This document shows positions 12,403 to 23,914 of a stretch of DNA of 64,000 bases, one piece after another. Location: the NCBI GenBank assembly GCA_013265495.1, contig MU058636.1, forward strand, positions 9,232,239 to 9,296,238, given 5' to 3'. The stretch comes from Vicugna vicugna (lineage: Eukaryota). The position numbers and the translations under genes were made by a program. The notes below the pieces were generated by a model. It had not been told where the DNA came from and made no database searches. It was given only the letters and a program-made list of their open reading frames with translations. The stretch's first letter is position 1. Each line of letters opens with the position of its first letter.

Positions 12403-14539
12403 GTAAATATATGTTGCCACTGTGTCTGGACCATTTCTGAATGTGGTTTTGGGGCGGGGGCTTGTATATATGCATCTTGGTGCACACGTGCATGTCTGGA
12501 CATCTGGCTGTGTGTCTATGTTAGTGGATGCGTGTATCTGGGTATTCCTGGGCAATTCCTCTGGGTGGGGCTGAGTATACCCACATCCTCTCTTGTAAAT
12601 GTTTGAGTCCTGTAATGAAGTTCCCCTAATATCTAAAAAAGAGCAAAACAAATTATCTATGTTTCTTAAAAGAGTAGAACAAGCAAGTAATGGAACCGAA
12701 TGTAAGTGACGTTACCTGAAAAAGAGTTGCCTTCCTACTGGGAAAACTACTGTCAGTGTTTAAATATCTTTTAAATTCTAAAATTGAATTGTGAATTGAA
12801 TTGTGAATCTAGAATGTGTTAATCAAGAGCGAGATGAAAAGGTTAATCTTGGAAGCTTGAAAAAGGAAGTGGCCTAGGCACGCTCTTGCTCTCACTAGCT
12901 CTACTCTGTCTGGAGAACAGAAAGCTTTAACCAACACGTTTTACTTCAGTTCTTTTTCTCCCACCCCTACCCACTGCCACATCTTTTGCTTTTGCACACC
13001 TTTAAGCATACATAGCTCTTTCGGAGGGTTGTCTTCCTATAACCAAACCCCCAGCCAAAAGGTTTTATATTAGTTTCTCCACCTGTTTTCCTATAGTACC
13101 TCGTACTTCTGCGCTGTAGTAACTATCACGCTGTAATTTCATCATTTCAGTGTCCCCCGTAATGCATGTCGGCTGTGTGAGGGCGGGAACTGAACCCCTT
13201 ATGCTTTGTATCTCAGTGCCTCGCACACAGTTGTCATCTTACGTATTTGTTAAATGACCACATGTCTTGGTACACAGTGAACTTGTCAGACTGTCTTGGC
13301 TTCATGCCATTAGAATTTTAATTCATTTCCACTTCTGATTTTGTGTTTGGCAAGCGACCTTCTGATTATGATTTAGCTTCCTATGTTGATGGAATGAGAA
13401 TGTTTTGATCAGAAGATCTTCAAGTATTTCCCATCATAGATAGGAAGATAACTGAACATGTGAACCTTGTAGATTGGGAATTAGAAGGTCGGAATTTGGG
13501 TTTTACGTGTTACCCTCCTGAGCCTGGATGAACGCTCCCCTCATGGGATAAGAACAAGATGAAATTTCTGACCCAGACCCAGGTCAGTTCACCGCAGTGA
13601 GAAGTGTCTTTGGAGAGTCCTTGGCGATCATGTGATGGGGAGACTCTGTCATTACCAAGTGCAGGAGAACAGGAGTGTTAATTTCTGGGCACTCATGTTT
13701 TTATAACAACAACAGTGCGATTCTAGGCATCTAACATGATTCACTCATTTAATCATCAGCTCAACCCTGTATGAAAAGCTTATTAGTCCTAGAGTTAGAC
13801 TTGCTTCTTAAACAAGATTTCTCATGATCAGAATCTGTTGAGTAGGAAAAATAAGGCTAACAATGTATAGTGTCATTCACTCCAAGGATCCAAACTCTAT
13901 TTCCTCCTTGGTCACTTCTCAAAGACAGGAATCTCAAAATCCTTAGGGAAACTCACCCTTAGTAAAGAATCATAGGGCAGGAAAAGATCTTGAGGAATCA
14001 CCTTGCTGAGGGATCAGGGAGCTTTCTAAAGCGATGCAGGGAGTCTTCATTGGTTTCTGATTGGAGACGGGCTCAGTGGCTGTTGAAACTCACACACTGA
14101 CCAAGACTTAGTCAGGGCTGCCCTGAAGGAATAGGCCTAAACCCACAAATCCAAGAAATCCAGGGGTCCTCAGTGAGAGGAGTGGTGGCAGTGTGGGTGG
14201 CCCGCCCTTCCAGTGCATTCTTACTTCCTTCTGCACCCCCAGGCACGTGTCATTCCACTTCACCTTATGTGTGCCACGGGTCGCATGCATCGTATACAGT
14301 ACACAGAACGTCACTTAGAGCCAGTCTACCTTCTGTTTTATAACAGCAGTTTCCTTAATACCTCACGGCAGCCTACAGCAAACCTAGACTAAACCTACTG
14401 GCAACCTGTTACCATTCTTCATGTGGTATTAAGATCTCCCAAGCGTCCTCTTTAAGTGGTTTGGCACTTTGGACTACCCTGGGAAATAGCAGGTGGGGGT
14501 TCAAGGGTGCAGTACGAGTGAACAGCTGGTTTCCCACCA

Positions 14540-14675
14540 GCCTGAGCTCCTAAGGAGCAAGGCTGCTTTTCTGTGTCTTTGTCTTACCAGCTGGCCCAGC
14601 AGCCAGCAAGCTGGCAGCGCTCAGAGACAGCGGAGGCTTGTTAGGGGAGTGAATGAATGAATGAATGCATGAATG
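14540..14675 (+). mobile_element. L2 3' end
   Basis: TGAGCTCCTAAGGAGCAAGG...(GAAT)n tail. Confidence 0.55.
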
Positions 14676-15029
14676 CTGTCAGTCAGCAGTATCTGCTAAT
14701 GCTCTGCATTATAGTGGAGGACCCCACCTTATTCAGATGGCTAGTGTAGTAGTCAGAGCATCCGAGGCTCTGGGTTAAGACAGATGCCCACACGGGGCTC
14801 TCCCGCTTCCTGTAAGCTCACTGGGAACAAAGGCTTTACCCTTTCTGCTCTTTAGTTTCCCGACAGCGGGGCTTTTTGAGGACCCTCTCCTTTGGGGGGG
14901 GGTGCCTGTAAGTACTGAGTGAGCATGTTTATGGAACTAATGAAAGCAGACCTTCATTCTCTCCTCCTCTTTTCTTTCTTCTCGTTCTGATGTGGGGCTT
15001 TTTCAGTGAGTGTCTTTCTGGGTTCTCAG

Positions 15030-15142
15030 GTGTGGGTCGCTGACCGAGGCAATAAAAGACTTCAGGTGTTTGATAAAGACTCTGGGGAGTGGTTAGGAGC
15101 GTGGAATAGCTGCTTCACAGACGAGGGACCTTCTTCAGTCAG
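15030..15142 (+). CDS. NHLRC3: NHLRC3 coding exon 6 ([38 protein letters not shown])
   Basis: TTCTCAG| acceptor, CAG|GTAATT donor, 113 nt, NHL motif VADRGNKR. Confidence 0.96.
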
Positions 15143-15397
15143 GTAATTGTTTTCTTTTTATTTTAAAATGCTTGTTGGATTCGGGTCATGTTCATTTCTC
15201 TGAAGAGCTAGCTGCAAGTTGGAAATGTTTACTGTTAACTTTTAAGCAGGGAAAGGAGGGAAGGAAACAAGCATGCGGAGAACACGTAATCCCATTTCAC
15301 ATCCCGGGCAGCGTGCCGCGCAGTGCTCGACCCTCCTCCAGCCTCCACCCTCGAGATCATTTATTTTTAAACAGAATGAAAATAAAACATCTTGAAG

Positions 15398-15517
15398 GAG
15401 GAGGGTAGAGTGCATGCTTAGCGTGCACGAGGTCCTGGGTTCAATCCCCAGTACCTCCATGAAAAAAAAAATAAATGAGTAAACCTAATTACTTCCCCTT
15501 GCAAAACAAAAAAAAAA
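15398..15517 (+). mobile_element. Camelid Vic-1-like tRNA-derived SINE, A-box region deleted
   Basis: GGTAGAGTGCATGCTTAGCGTGCACGAGGTCCTGGGTTCAATCCCCAGTACCTCCA plus A-rich/AAACCTAATTAC tail, shared with the copies at 19932 and 22181. Confidence 0.85.
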
Positions 15518-15801
15518 GTGTCGGACCCAGACTAACACTGAGTCTCCACTAGTTTCATGTTTGTGTACTATGATATTGTTTTTTTTTTTTAATTTAAGCT
15601 AACCTTTGGCTAAATCTCCCATCACAAATCTCTCGTTCCCTCATCAGCAGAATTAGATCAATTTTAAATTCTCCCTGAAAGAACACTTTCAGCAAGCAGG
15701 TGCTTACAGGCTGTTTCATGCTGTTGGGATACAAATGTGGAAAAAATAAACCTCCGTGTTAGTCTTACACTGACTGATTCTGCAGGTGTCTTTCCCTGTA
15801 G

Positions 15802-16111
15802 ATTTACTCCTGACGGGAAGTACCTGATCGCAGCCCAGCTGAGGCTCAGCCGGCTCCTCGTGGCGGCCGCGCCCCCCGTAGGGAGCATTGGCCGCTGCTC
15901 CGTGATCAGCACCATCCAGCTGGCAGACCAGGTTTCACCCCATCTCTTAGACGTCAGTGCCAAGACTGGAGCCATCTACGTGGCAGAAATTGGAGCAAAA
16001 CAAGTACAAAAATATGTCCCCATGAATAGTTTTTTCTCTTCATTTGGTTCATACGTTTCTCTTCCTGAAGATGTTTCACGTGGAAGTTGGGATTCTCAAA
16101 ATCATGGTTGA
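15802..16111 (+). CDS. NHLRC3: NHLRC3 coding exon 7 (FTPDGKYLI...[14 protein letters not shown]...[23 protein letters not shown])
   Basis: TTTCCCTGTAG| acceptor, phase 2, TGA at 16109-16111. Exon lengths sum to 1107 nt = 368 aa plus stop. Confidence 0.94.
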
Positions 16112-17988
16112 ATACTCTACAGTAACGTTCAGGCATAGGGGTTTGTTTCTTCATTTTACCTTGACCCTGTGTCAGAAACGTTTGTTTTTAATATCATTAA
16201 GAAGCATGTCTTTTGGCATTCTTGTGACTTAGTTTTATTCGTCAGTGTGTAAGGATGTTTTAATGAAAGAAATGCAACTAATGAAAAAAGGATGAAAAAG
16301 AGGGACTAAGGTTGTTGTAACTTAGTAATCTTCCTTGTTGGCTAATTCTCCCTGGGGGTGAAAAGACAGGAATCAAAATGGGTTTGCAGGATAATTTATA
16401 GAATTTCATATAAAAACTACAAACCTTCACTTTATTCCCTTTATAGGAAGGGAGCCACTTGAGAGATGGGGTCACGTGGGGTCCTGACTGACAAGTACTC
16501 ACAGAGTGCTAGGTCCTGAGAGTTCGGAGGTGAAGAGGCCGGGTTTGTCCGTGTGCATTCGAGTAGCTCAGAGTCCACACAGCCCAGTGACAGCAGCGCA
16601 CGGGTGTCCTGGGACTTTGGAAGGAGGAGCACCTGAATGGTGGAGACTTCGCAGGGGAGCTATTTTGAGCTCCCACTTGCAAAACTGAGGAGGAGAAAAC
16701 AATGTGGTCCAGGTCGAGAAGTTAGGAAAAATTGCACGCTTGTTGTGAAAGTAGGTAAACTTTCTTTTAAAAGCCCAACTTGGCTTTAGTCCTTTAGCTG
16801 CAAAATACTTAATCTCAGTTTTAAATGTAGGAATAAGTGGCTAGCGTGTAAGCACTTTACCAAAAGGGATTTTTACAAATCACAGGGGTGTTTTTTTAAA
16901 AGTAGTGTTAAAAGTAAGCCCTCTCTTCAGTGCCTCCATCTTTTTTTTTTTTTCCAAACAGGAACTCCGTTCATTCTAACGTTTGCCTACCTCAAAGAAA
17001 TTTTAGAATTATTTATATGAGGGTATGTGCCAAGCACCTGGAGCTATTAAGATGAATAATTCCCTACCTTTCTGTCCCTACATCTCTTTTTATCCTTTTG
17101 GTATGAAGGTTGGCCTCCCGGTTGAGACCGTCGGTTCAGTTTGTTCTGGTTTATTCTAGGTTTTGAAGGAACTTTGCCATGTTAGGATCTTTCAGATCAT
17201 CACCCTTTCTTGTCTCAGCCTCCCTCTTCATCCTAAGGTTGTACTGGACACTGTGTAGCGTGTCTCGAGCTGACTTTCCACATCAGCCATTATGGCTGGA
17301 GTCTGTTTTCCAGACCTCAAGGGACTCACACTTGTTTTGATGCTGAGTCCCATCTCGATGCAGTTAGGAAAGTAAATCTACCGACAGGAAACTCTCCTGT
17401 GTTTCAAGGCCATTGAGAAGTGTGTTTGTGCCACTGAGGGAGCTATGTGACCTAAATGAGTCACCTTAGTGTTCCCTTCAGTGTAATAGGAACATCCCTG
17501 CCTTTCCTCCTTCAGGAAGTGCTGTGAGGACCAGACATGTGATATGTGCACGTGTGCCCTTTGGAGTCGGTAGCTCCAAATACATTAAAGGCATTTTATT
17601 AGCAAAGGTCCTTCTAAATGTGTCATTTACCTGATTCCAGCTGTCTCCTTTGCCTTAATTTTGCATTTACTGCTTTTTATCAAAACACATCCTCATGAAC
17701 TTCATGCAGTTTGGCCATTATAGTAAATTGATTTGGATGAAAGGAAGTCATTTGAGGTTTCATTTGTTTTGTTTTTAAGCCAGGACAAGAAATGGTCTCT
17801 TTGAAGGAATGCGAGGTCCATAAATTGATTTTGTCATTTCAAAAATGTTGTATTTAACTTTGTTTTATACTAGATTCTTATAAAACTTGCTGCAAGTATT
17901 GTCTTCATGTGTCTTGCTAAACGTGTTTATTTTGTTAGTATACTTGTAATCAGTTTTCCACTTTTTTTTCCTTTGGATTAATTGGTTA

Positions 17989-18041
17989 AATAAATTGAAT
18001 GAGAAATGTGTTGTATTTTCTATTAAAAAATACAAATTAAA
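17989..18041 (+). terminator. Likely NHLRC3 polyadenylation signal cluster (3' UTR ~1.9 kb)
   Basis: AATAAA 17989-17994, ATTAAA 18022-18027 and 18036-18041, in T/GT-rich flanks. Cleavage site is inferred only. Confidence 0.6.
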
Positions 18042-19744
18042 GTTTTTGAAAGAAAACTCAGTATTATCTGGTTTTCCAATTAATGTTTGATTGTATTGTT
18101 AAAAAAGCAGTTTATGATTTCTTATTCCGTGGAAGAATTTCAACAGTCATGGACTCACAGGGTGATACTGAGGATGTGTCCTCTTCATTCACGTGTGAAG
18201 TGAGGGCTGGAGTGTGTTGTGAATATAGCTAGCATTTGCTTGGAAGATTTAATTTGGCTTTTAAGATGATGGGTGGGTACAAATGATACTAATTACTAGC
18301 TAGCTCTATATTTTTTGCGTTAGAAATGGAATCTCTCTATGCCTCTACTTTCTAGATCTGTTCTGGGGGAGAAGAGGTAGGGCGTGTCACTGAGAAACCC
18401 AAAGGCTGTGGGTGTCTTTCCTAACCTCCACTGTAACATTGGGTCTTTGAAGTGGAACGTTTGCCCGTCAAGGTAAACGGGTGCAGTGTGACGGCTCAGC
18501 TAAGGAGGCCTTGTATACTTTGTGCTCAGATCACGTAACAGGTTAGAAGACAGCTTCAAGCAATATGGCTGTTGGGCAAAAGGCAGTCAAGGTCTAACCT
18601 TTGTTCTGCTTTTGTTGGGTTTAAACATTACTGGGTTTAAAGCAGGATAGATTGGATAGCCAGCATTAAAACTGGAGACTCAGATTTTTGCTCCTTTGAC
18701 TCACCAAAATAAATTAGAATCAACAAAGTCTTTTTTTCAAAAGTCAGAATAGATCCCGTTTATTCAACAAAAATATATGAGACAATAAATGTGTGAAGAC
18801 ACTTAGGCAAATGCCTTAGCAGTTCATGACCTGGTTGGGGAAACAGGCCACAACCACCCTTACTTCTCAGCTCTTTCTGGGAGGTGCCGTTTGGCACTTG
18901 TGTTGTATTTCATTCTCGATACAAAAGAGGGCAGCAGAGTCCTGCTTATGGTAAGCATTTCTTGAAATCTAATGGGAGCATCAGTTGACCTTTATACTCT
19001 GATTTTTTTTTTAATCTAAGGCTACAGACAGTGGTAACCAGGTAACCATACCTTTAACTTTGCTTCTGTTTCTTTACTTTCCTCGCATCTTGAGGAAATT
19101 CATTTATAGGTGATATGTTTTCCAAGGATTGTTGGAAATTTTTACTGTTTCATTGGATATTCCGATGTTTAAGGGGGAAAAAAGGTTAAATCTTTTCAAT
19201 AATTCAAACTAACATCCAGAAGGGAATAACTTTTTAAACTGTAACCTGAATGTGTATTTCATAAAGTAGAAAATGTGTTTGTGATAGAGAATTATTGTTT
19301 TTCTTTCTACTAGTTTTTTTTTCCTTAAACAATTTTGTCTTGTAGTTGCTGACTCTTTTTACAAATAAGAAAAATGGATTATTTACAAAAAGGCACTTAA
19401 CCTATAGAATCCATGAGCCCTGCCACTGACTGTCTGCATTGTTCCAAGACTGCTTCATTTTTCTCATTTGGGAAATGGAGGTGATAGTATTTTCCTCATA
19501 GTATTATACAAACAAGCCCATGCATATAGAGCATCACACCCAGTCCCAGTCCAGATTTTTTTTTTTTTTTTTTTGGTTTGCATTAAAGCTGTTTATCCAT
19601 CCAACAGGTAAACTACATGCTAGGTCCCAGGAACACCATGGTGAGCAAGGTAAATTTTCAGGACTTTATATTCTGCTTGGGGAGACAGAGGAGTTTGAAT
19701 GGAAAAATGAGATTCTGATTAGAATTTGTGGTCTATATGAACAC

Positions 19745-20343
19745 TTGGTTGGCTAAGTAAACACCCCTTTCCAACTGTCTCCCTTCCTTTCCACCACCTT
19801 AGAGACCAGTAGAGCTGGGTACTTGCTTCCTCGGCTTGCCAGCTTCTAGGGGTACCATGTGATGCTGTACTGGCCACTGTAGTTCTGGGGCTTCCAGAAA
19901 AATCATTTTTTTTTAATTAAAAAAAAAAGCAGGGGAGAGGATATAGCTCAAGTGGTAGAGCATGTGCTTAGCATGCATGAGGTCCTGGGTGCAATCCCCA
20001 GTACCTCCATCGAAAAACCAAATAAATAAACCTGATGACCTCCCCCCCTGTAAAAGGAAAAAAAAAAGAGGGCAGGCATATTTAGCATCACCACCTTTTC
20101 CCTTCTTCCCTGACTTGAACTTGAATGTGATGCCTGGAGTTGTGGCAGCCCTGTTGGAACCATAAAGCAACAAACCAATATTCTAAAGGAAGGCTGAAGG
20201 AGACAGGGTTTTTATGATGGAGAAGCTATTGAACTGGACTTGTAGTTCCTTTCTCCAGACTTCTTTTTATGTGAGATAATTAAATATTTTATTTACTTAA
20301 GCCACTATTAGTTGGCTGTTTTCTTGCAGATGAAATTATTCCC
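19745..20343 (+). mobile_element. Old ERVL-class LTR (LTR16/LTR33-like), interrupted by a SINE
   Basis: TGTGATGCCTGGAGTTGTGGCAGCC and CCAGACTTC..TATGTGAGATAA..TTAAGCCACT motifs. Family assignment is from memory. Confidence 0.5.
19932..20067 (+). mobile_element. Camelid Vic-1-like tRNA-derived SINE, full length
   Basis: GGGGAGAGGATATAGCTCAAGTGGTAGAGC (A box)...GGGTGCAATCCC (B box)...poly-A tail. Confidence 0.88.
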
Positions 20344-20344
20344 G

Positions 20345-21050
20345 AGAAATTCAATATTGAATTAACCTACATTAATTTGGGGAGGATGGATATTTTTTAT
20401 GGCTTCAACATTCTGTACCCAGGTAAGTAAGTCTCTGTTTTTATGTCTTATGTCATTTAATAAGTTTTTTTTTTAATTTAGATCCTGTGCATTTGTTTTG
20501 AGACACATTTAGATTCCTGTGTCAAGTTTATTCTATGCATTTATTAATTGTAGCTAGTAGAGTAGGATTTTTTCCCCCTTTTCTAATTAGCTTTTGGTGG
20601 TATAGGGAAAAAGTATCAATTCTTTTTATATATATCATATTTTTTCACCTTAATAAACTCTTACTAATTTAATCAACTATTACAGATACTCTTGGTATAT
20701 GATTCTGAACTATACATCTTTCAATATTTATATTGTTTGCTTAATTTTAAAAATTTCATTACATTAACTACACTGTTCAAAACAATGTTGAATAATAGCA
20801 GTGATATGGAAAACCTATCTTATTTCTGATTTTAATGGAAATGTTGATACTTCACCAATTAACATGTTTGCTGTTAAGTCTTGGTAATTTTCATATTTAA
20901 GTAGGTTTTTTTAATCTCTTGGAATCTTATTAAAAATAATTACTTAATTTTATAAAATGGCTTTTGGCACTGATGTATACAACATGTTGGTTAATGAAAG
21001 TTATAGTTTTTTTTAATGTTTATTATTGGAAAAAACTTTACTTGGTCATC
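20345..21050 (-). mobile_element. Old L1 (L1M) ORF2-region fragment
   Basis: T-rich with ATTAATTTGGGGAGGATGGATAT and ACAATGTTGAATAATAGCAGTGAT, typical of antisense L1. Confidence 0.65.
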
Positions 21051-21395
21051 ATTTCTTGCCTAGAACTTTTATTCTTGAAACAAAGAGGGCAGTAGAGTTT
21101 CATTTATATACAGTTCATTATGTTTCACCCATCTCTAAAAGGAATTTTAATTTCTTTACAATAGAATATTTCCACTTTTAGGGAACAAAACTTTTTTCCC
21201 ATTTTTCACTGCATGGATTTTTATAGGTGAAAAAAATAACATACTTCAACAAAAATTTAATGTAACAAAATTTCGTATTTTTATATGATGAAAAATCAAG
21301 GAAGGTGTGAGAAGGGGACAGGGTCTTTAAGCCAGTAATTCAATAAATAAGAAGTACTAGTATTTGGTGCACACACTCCTGATTGGATGGAGACT

Positions 21396-21588
21396 GGCAC
21401 TGTCCAATAGAAGTGGTGGTGGGCATGGTCTGTATTTCTGCCGTCCAACATGGCCGCCCTGAGCACTTGTGGCTTTTGAGCCCTAGAAGGTAGCTTATGT
21501 GTATGAGAACTTGAATTTTCAACTTTATCTTTAATTTAACTTTAAATTGTCATAGGTGGCTATGAGCTACTGTATTGGTCAGCACAGC
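21396..21588. mobile_element. MER3-like hAT-Charlie DNA transposon
   Basis: CACTGTCCAATAGAA...GTATTGGTCAGCACAG terminal inverted repeats and internal TGTGGC/GAATTTT motifs. Confidence 0.75.
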
Positions 21589-22180
21589 AGGTGATTCTAG
21601 GTTTTCATAATAATGACGAGTAATTTGTTTTCACTCAGTTTCCTTGTTTATTGGCATAATTTGAATTCTCTGTCAATCCCTTAAGTTCGTGAATTATCCA
21701 GTGTGACGTTTTGGGCAATGTTAATATTTCAAACTAACCTCAAAGATGAAAAATTAGCCTTCACATTGGAATATTTCACTGCTGAACCGTCTGTTAAGTA
21801 TTTTCCAAACGGAAGTGAAGCCAGTCTGTGAAGAGCTAAGTAAATAGTTCTCAAGAAGCTTTCAAGTTATTTATGTATGTGTATATTTACTTTATCAGCT
21901 CACCTCTGGGGACATACCTGTTCTATTAGTTTTTTCCCCCTGAGAAGAAATCATTTTTCACATGAAACAACTCAGGTTTCAATGCAAACTTGTTTCACAT
22001 AGGTTATGTACCCACAGAGGTACTTACAATAATTGTTTCAAACATCCTAAAAGTCAAGGTAGAAGGCAGTTAAATACAACTGCAGCTTCATACTGGTTTA
22101 ATTGTTACATCTTTGCTAATGATTACATTGGTTTTCATCTTTATTTGTATTTTAAAGCCTAGATAATAAAATTTATTCCC

Positions 22181-22316
22181 GGGGTGGGGGAGGGTAGAGC
22201 TCAGTGGTAGAGTGCATGTCCAGCACGCACAGGGTCCTGGGTCAACCCTCGGTGCCTCCATTAAAAATAAATAAGTAAATAAGCCTAATTATCTCCCCCC
22301 AAAAAGCCCCCACAGA
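22181..22316 (+). mobile_element. Camelid Vic-1-like tRNA-derived SINE
   Basis: GGGGGAGGGTAGAGCTCAGTGGTAGAGTGCATG...GGTCCTGGGTCAACCC...CCTAATTATCTCCCCCC, with TTATTCC on both flanks. Confidence 0.85.
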
Positions 22317-22800
22317 ATAGTTATTCCAAATAATACTGCTTCCAGTTTTCTGATATATTATGAAATATTTCAACAGTTATCAACTCATAGACAGTGTCAT
22401 TCCGTTGACGCCCCTGCGTACTTACTCCCTGCCCACTGATTATTTTACAGTCTCTAGCATCATATTATTTCATCTTTAGATAGCATGTTTTTTAAAGTGT
22501 AAATGATAATTTTTCTAAACAATGCTACCGACTTCAAGTTTTATAGTTCCTGAATATTATTAAATATTGTCAGTGTTCTAATTTTACCTCATCTTGTATA
22601 TTTTTTAAATTGTTTGCTGGGGTTGAAATAAGTTCCATATATTGATTTCTTAATTTTTATTTAATCTGGCCATCTGTTTCATAGTTTCCCAGAGTCTGGA
22701 TTTTGTTGATTTTATCTGAATTTGGCAAACATGTTACTCTGTCTCCTATAATTCCTGTAAATTGGTAGTTAGTGCTACAGTCTTCATCAGATTAGGATTT

Positions 22801-22823
22801 TATATATATATATATATATATAT
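22801..22823. repeat. (TA)n microsatellite
   Basis: Directly visible. Confidence 0.95.
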
Positions 22824-23071
22824 TTTTGGCAAAATTACATTAGGTGGTGGTGTGTACTTCTGCTTTGTACTTTTGTTTGAATTGTCCAAGAAACTTCAAA
22901 ACTATTCTGTATCCTACATTATATTTTACGCAGACATCTCCAATTTGCTTTTATACTGCGTCTCCCCATAAATATGCTTTTGAAAGGTATTTTCTTACAA
23001 AGGCTGAATTTTGTGTGTCCAGCTGACATTCAGTGATGCTGGGAAAATAGCAACCATTTCACTTGAAGGAT

Positions 23072-23550
23072 TGGGGTAGTTTGAATAATGTCTCCCTCCC
23101 ACCCCAAATATATCCAGATCCTGATTTCCAAAACCTGTGAATGTGACCTTATATGAAAAAAGACTTTGTAGATGGGACTACATTAGGATCTTGAGAGGAG
23201 ATTATCCTGGATTGTCTGGCTGGGCCCTAATACAATCATGTGTGTCCTTGTAAGAGGGAGGAGAAGGAGATTTGACACACAGACAAGATGTCAGTGTGAC
23301 CCTGAAGGCAATGATTGGAGTAATACAGCGAGCCAAGGAATGTGGCAGCCACCAGAGGCTGGAAGAGGCAAGGACTGGTTCTTTTCTGGCACTTACAGAC
23401 AGGGCGTGGCCCTGCCTGGACCTTGATTTTGGCCCAGTGATACTGATTTTGGATTTTTGGCCTCCAATATCATGAAAGAATACATTTCTGTGGTTTTAAG
23501 CCACTAAGTTTGTGATAATTTGTTAACAGCTGCTGCAGGAAACTAATACA
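23072..23550 (+). mobile_element. MaLR LTR (MLT1C/D-like)
   Basis: AACCTGTGAATGTGACCTTAT, GGATCTTGAG..GATTATCCTGGA, CCAGAGGCTGGAAGAGGCAAGG, ending GGAAACTAATACA. Confidence 0.85.
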
Positions 23551-23910
23551 GATTTGATTCTTGAAAGTGGAGTCATGCTATAATATATACCTAAAAATGT
23601 GAAATTATCTTTGCAATTGGATGATAGGCAGAGGCTGGAAAAATTTTGAAGAGCATGATAATAAAAAAAAACTTAGATTGTCTTAAATAGACTGTTGGTA
23701 AAAGTACAGCATTAAAGGCACAACGGGTGAGGGCCCGGGAGTAAGAGAGCGCCGTGGGAAAGCCTAGATCATACATCACAGAGAATATACACAGCATTGT
23801 AAACAGACTGTCTGTAAACATTTGAATTTTAAAGGTGATGCTAGTAAGGCCTCAGAAGGAGATGAGCAATGTGTTTTTGAAAACTGGAGGAAATAGAATA
23901 TTTATTATAT
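23551..23910 (+). mobile_element. MaLR internal sequence (MLT1-int 5' part)
   Basis: Follows the LTR directly: ACCTAAAAATGTG, GGCAGAGGCTGGAA..TTTTGAAGAGCATG, AAACTGGAGGAAA. Confidence 0.7.
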
Positions 23911-23914
23911 AGTG

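Noticed and set aside
12782..12808. AATTGAATTGTG tandem duplication
   Set aside because: Two-copy slippage duplication in an intron with no functional sign.
15737..15801. N-terminal part of ORF 15737..16111 and an alternative acceptor CTGCAG at 15785
   Set aside because: Intronic. The upstream AG would add 16 nt and shift the frame, and homology starts at 15802.
19932..20010. tRNA gene-like A and B boxes
   Set aside because: Followed by the shared SINE tail and present in several diverged copies, so it is a SINE head and not a tRNA gene.
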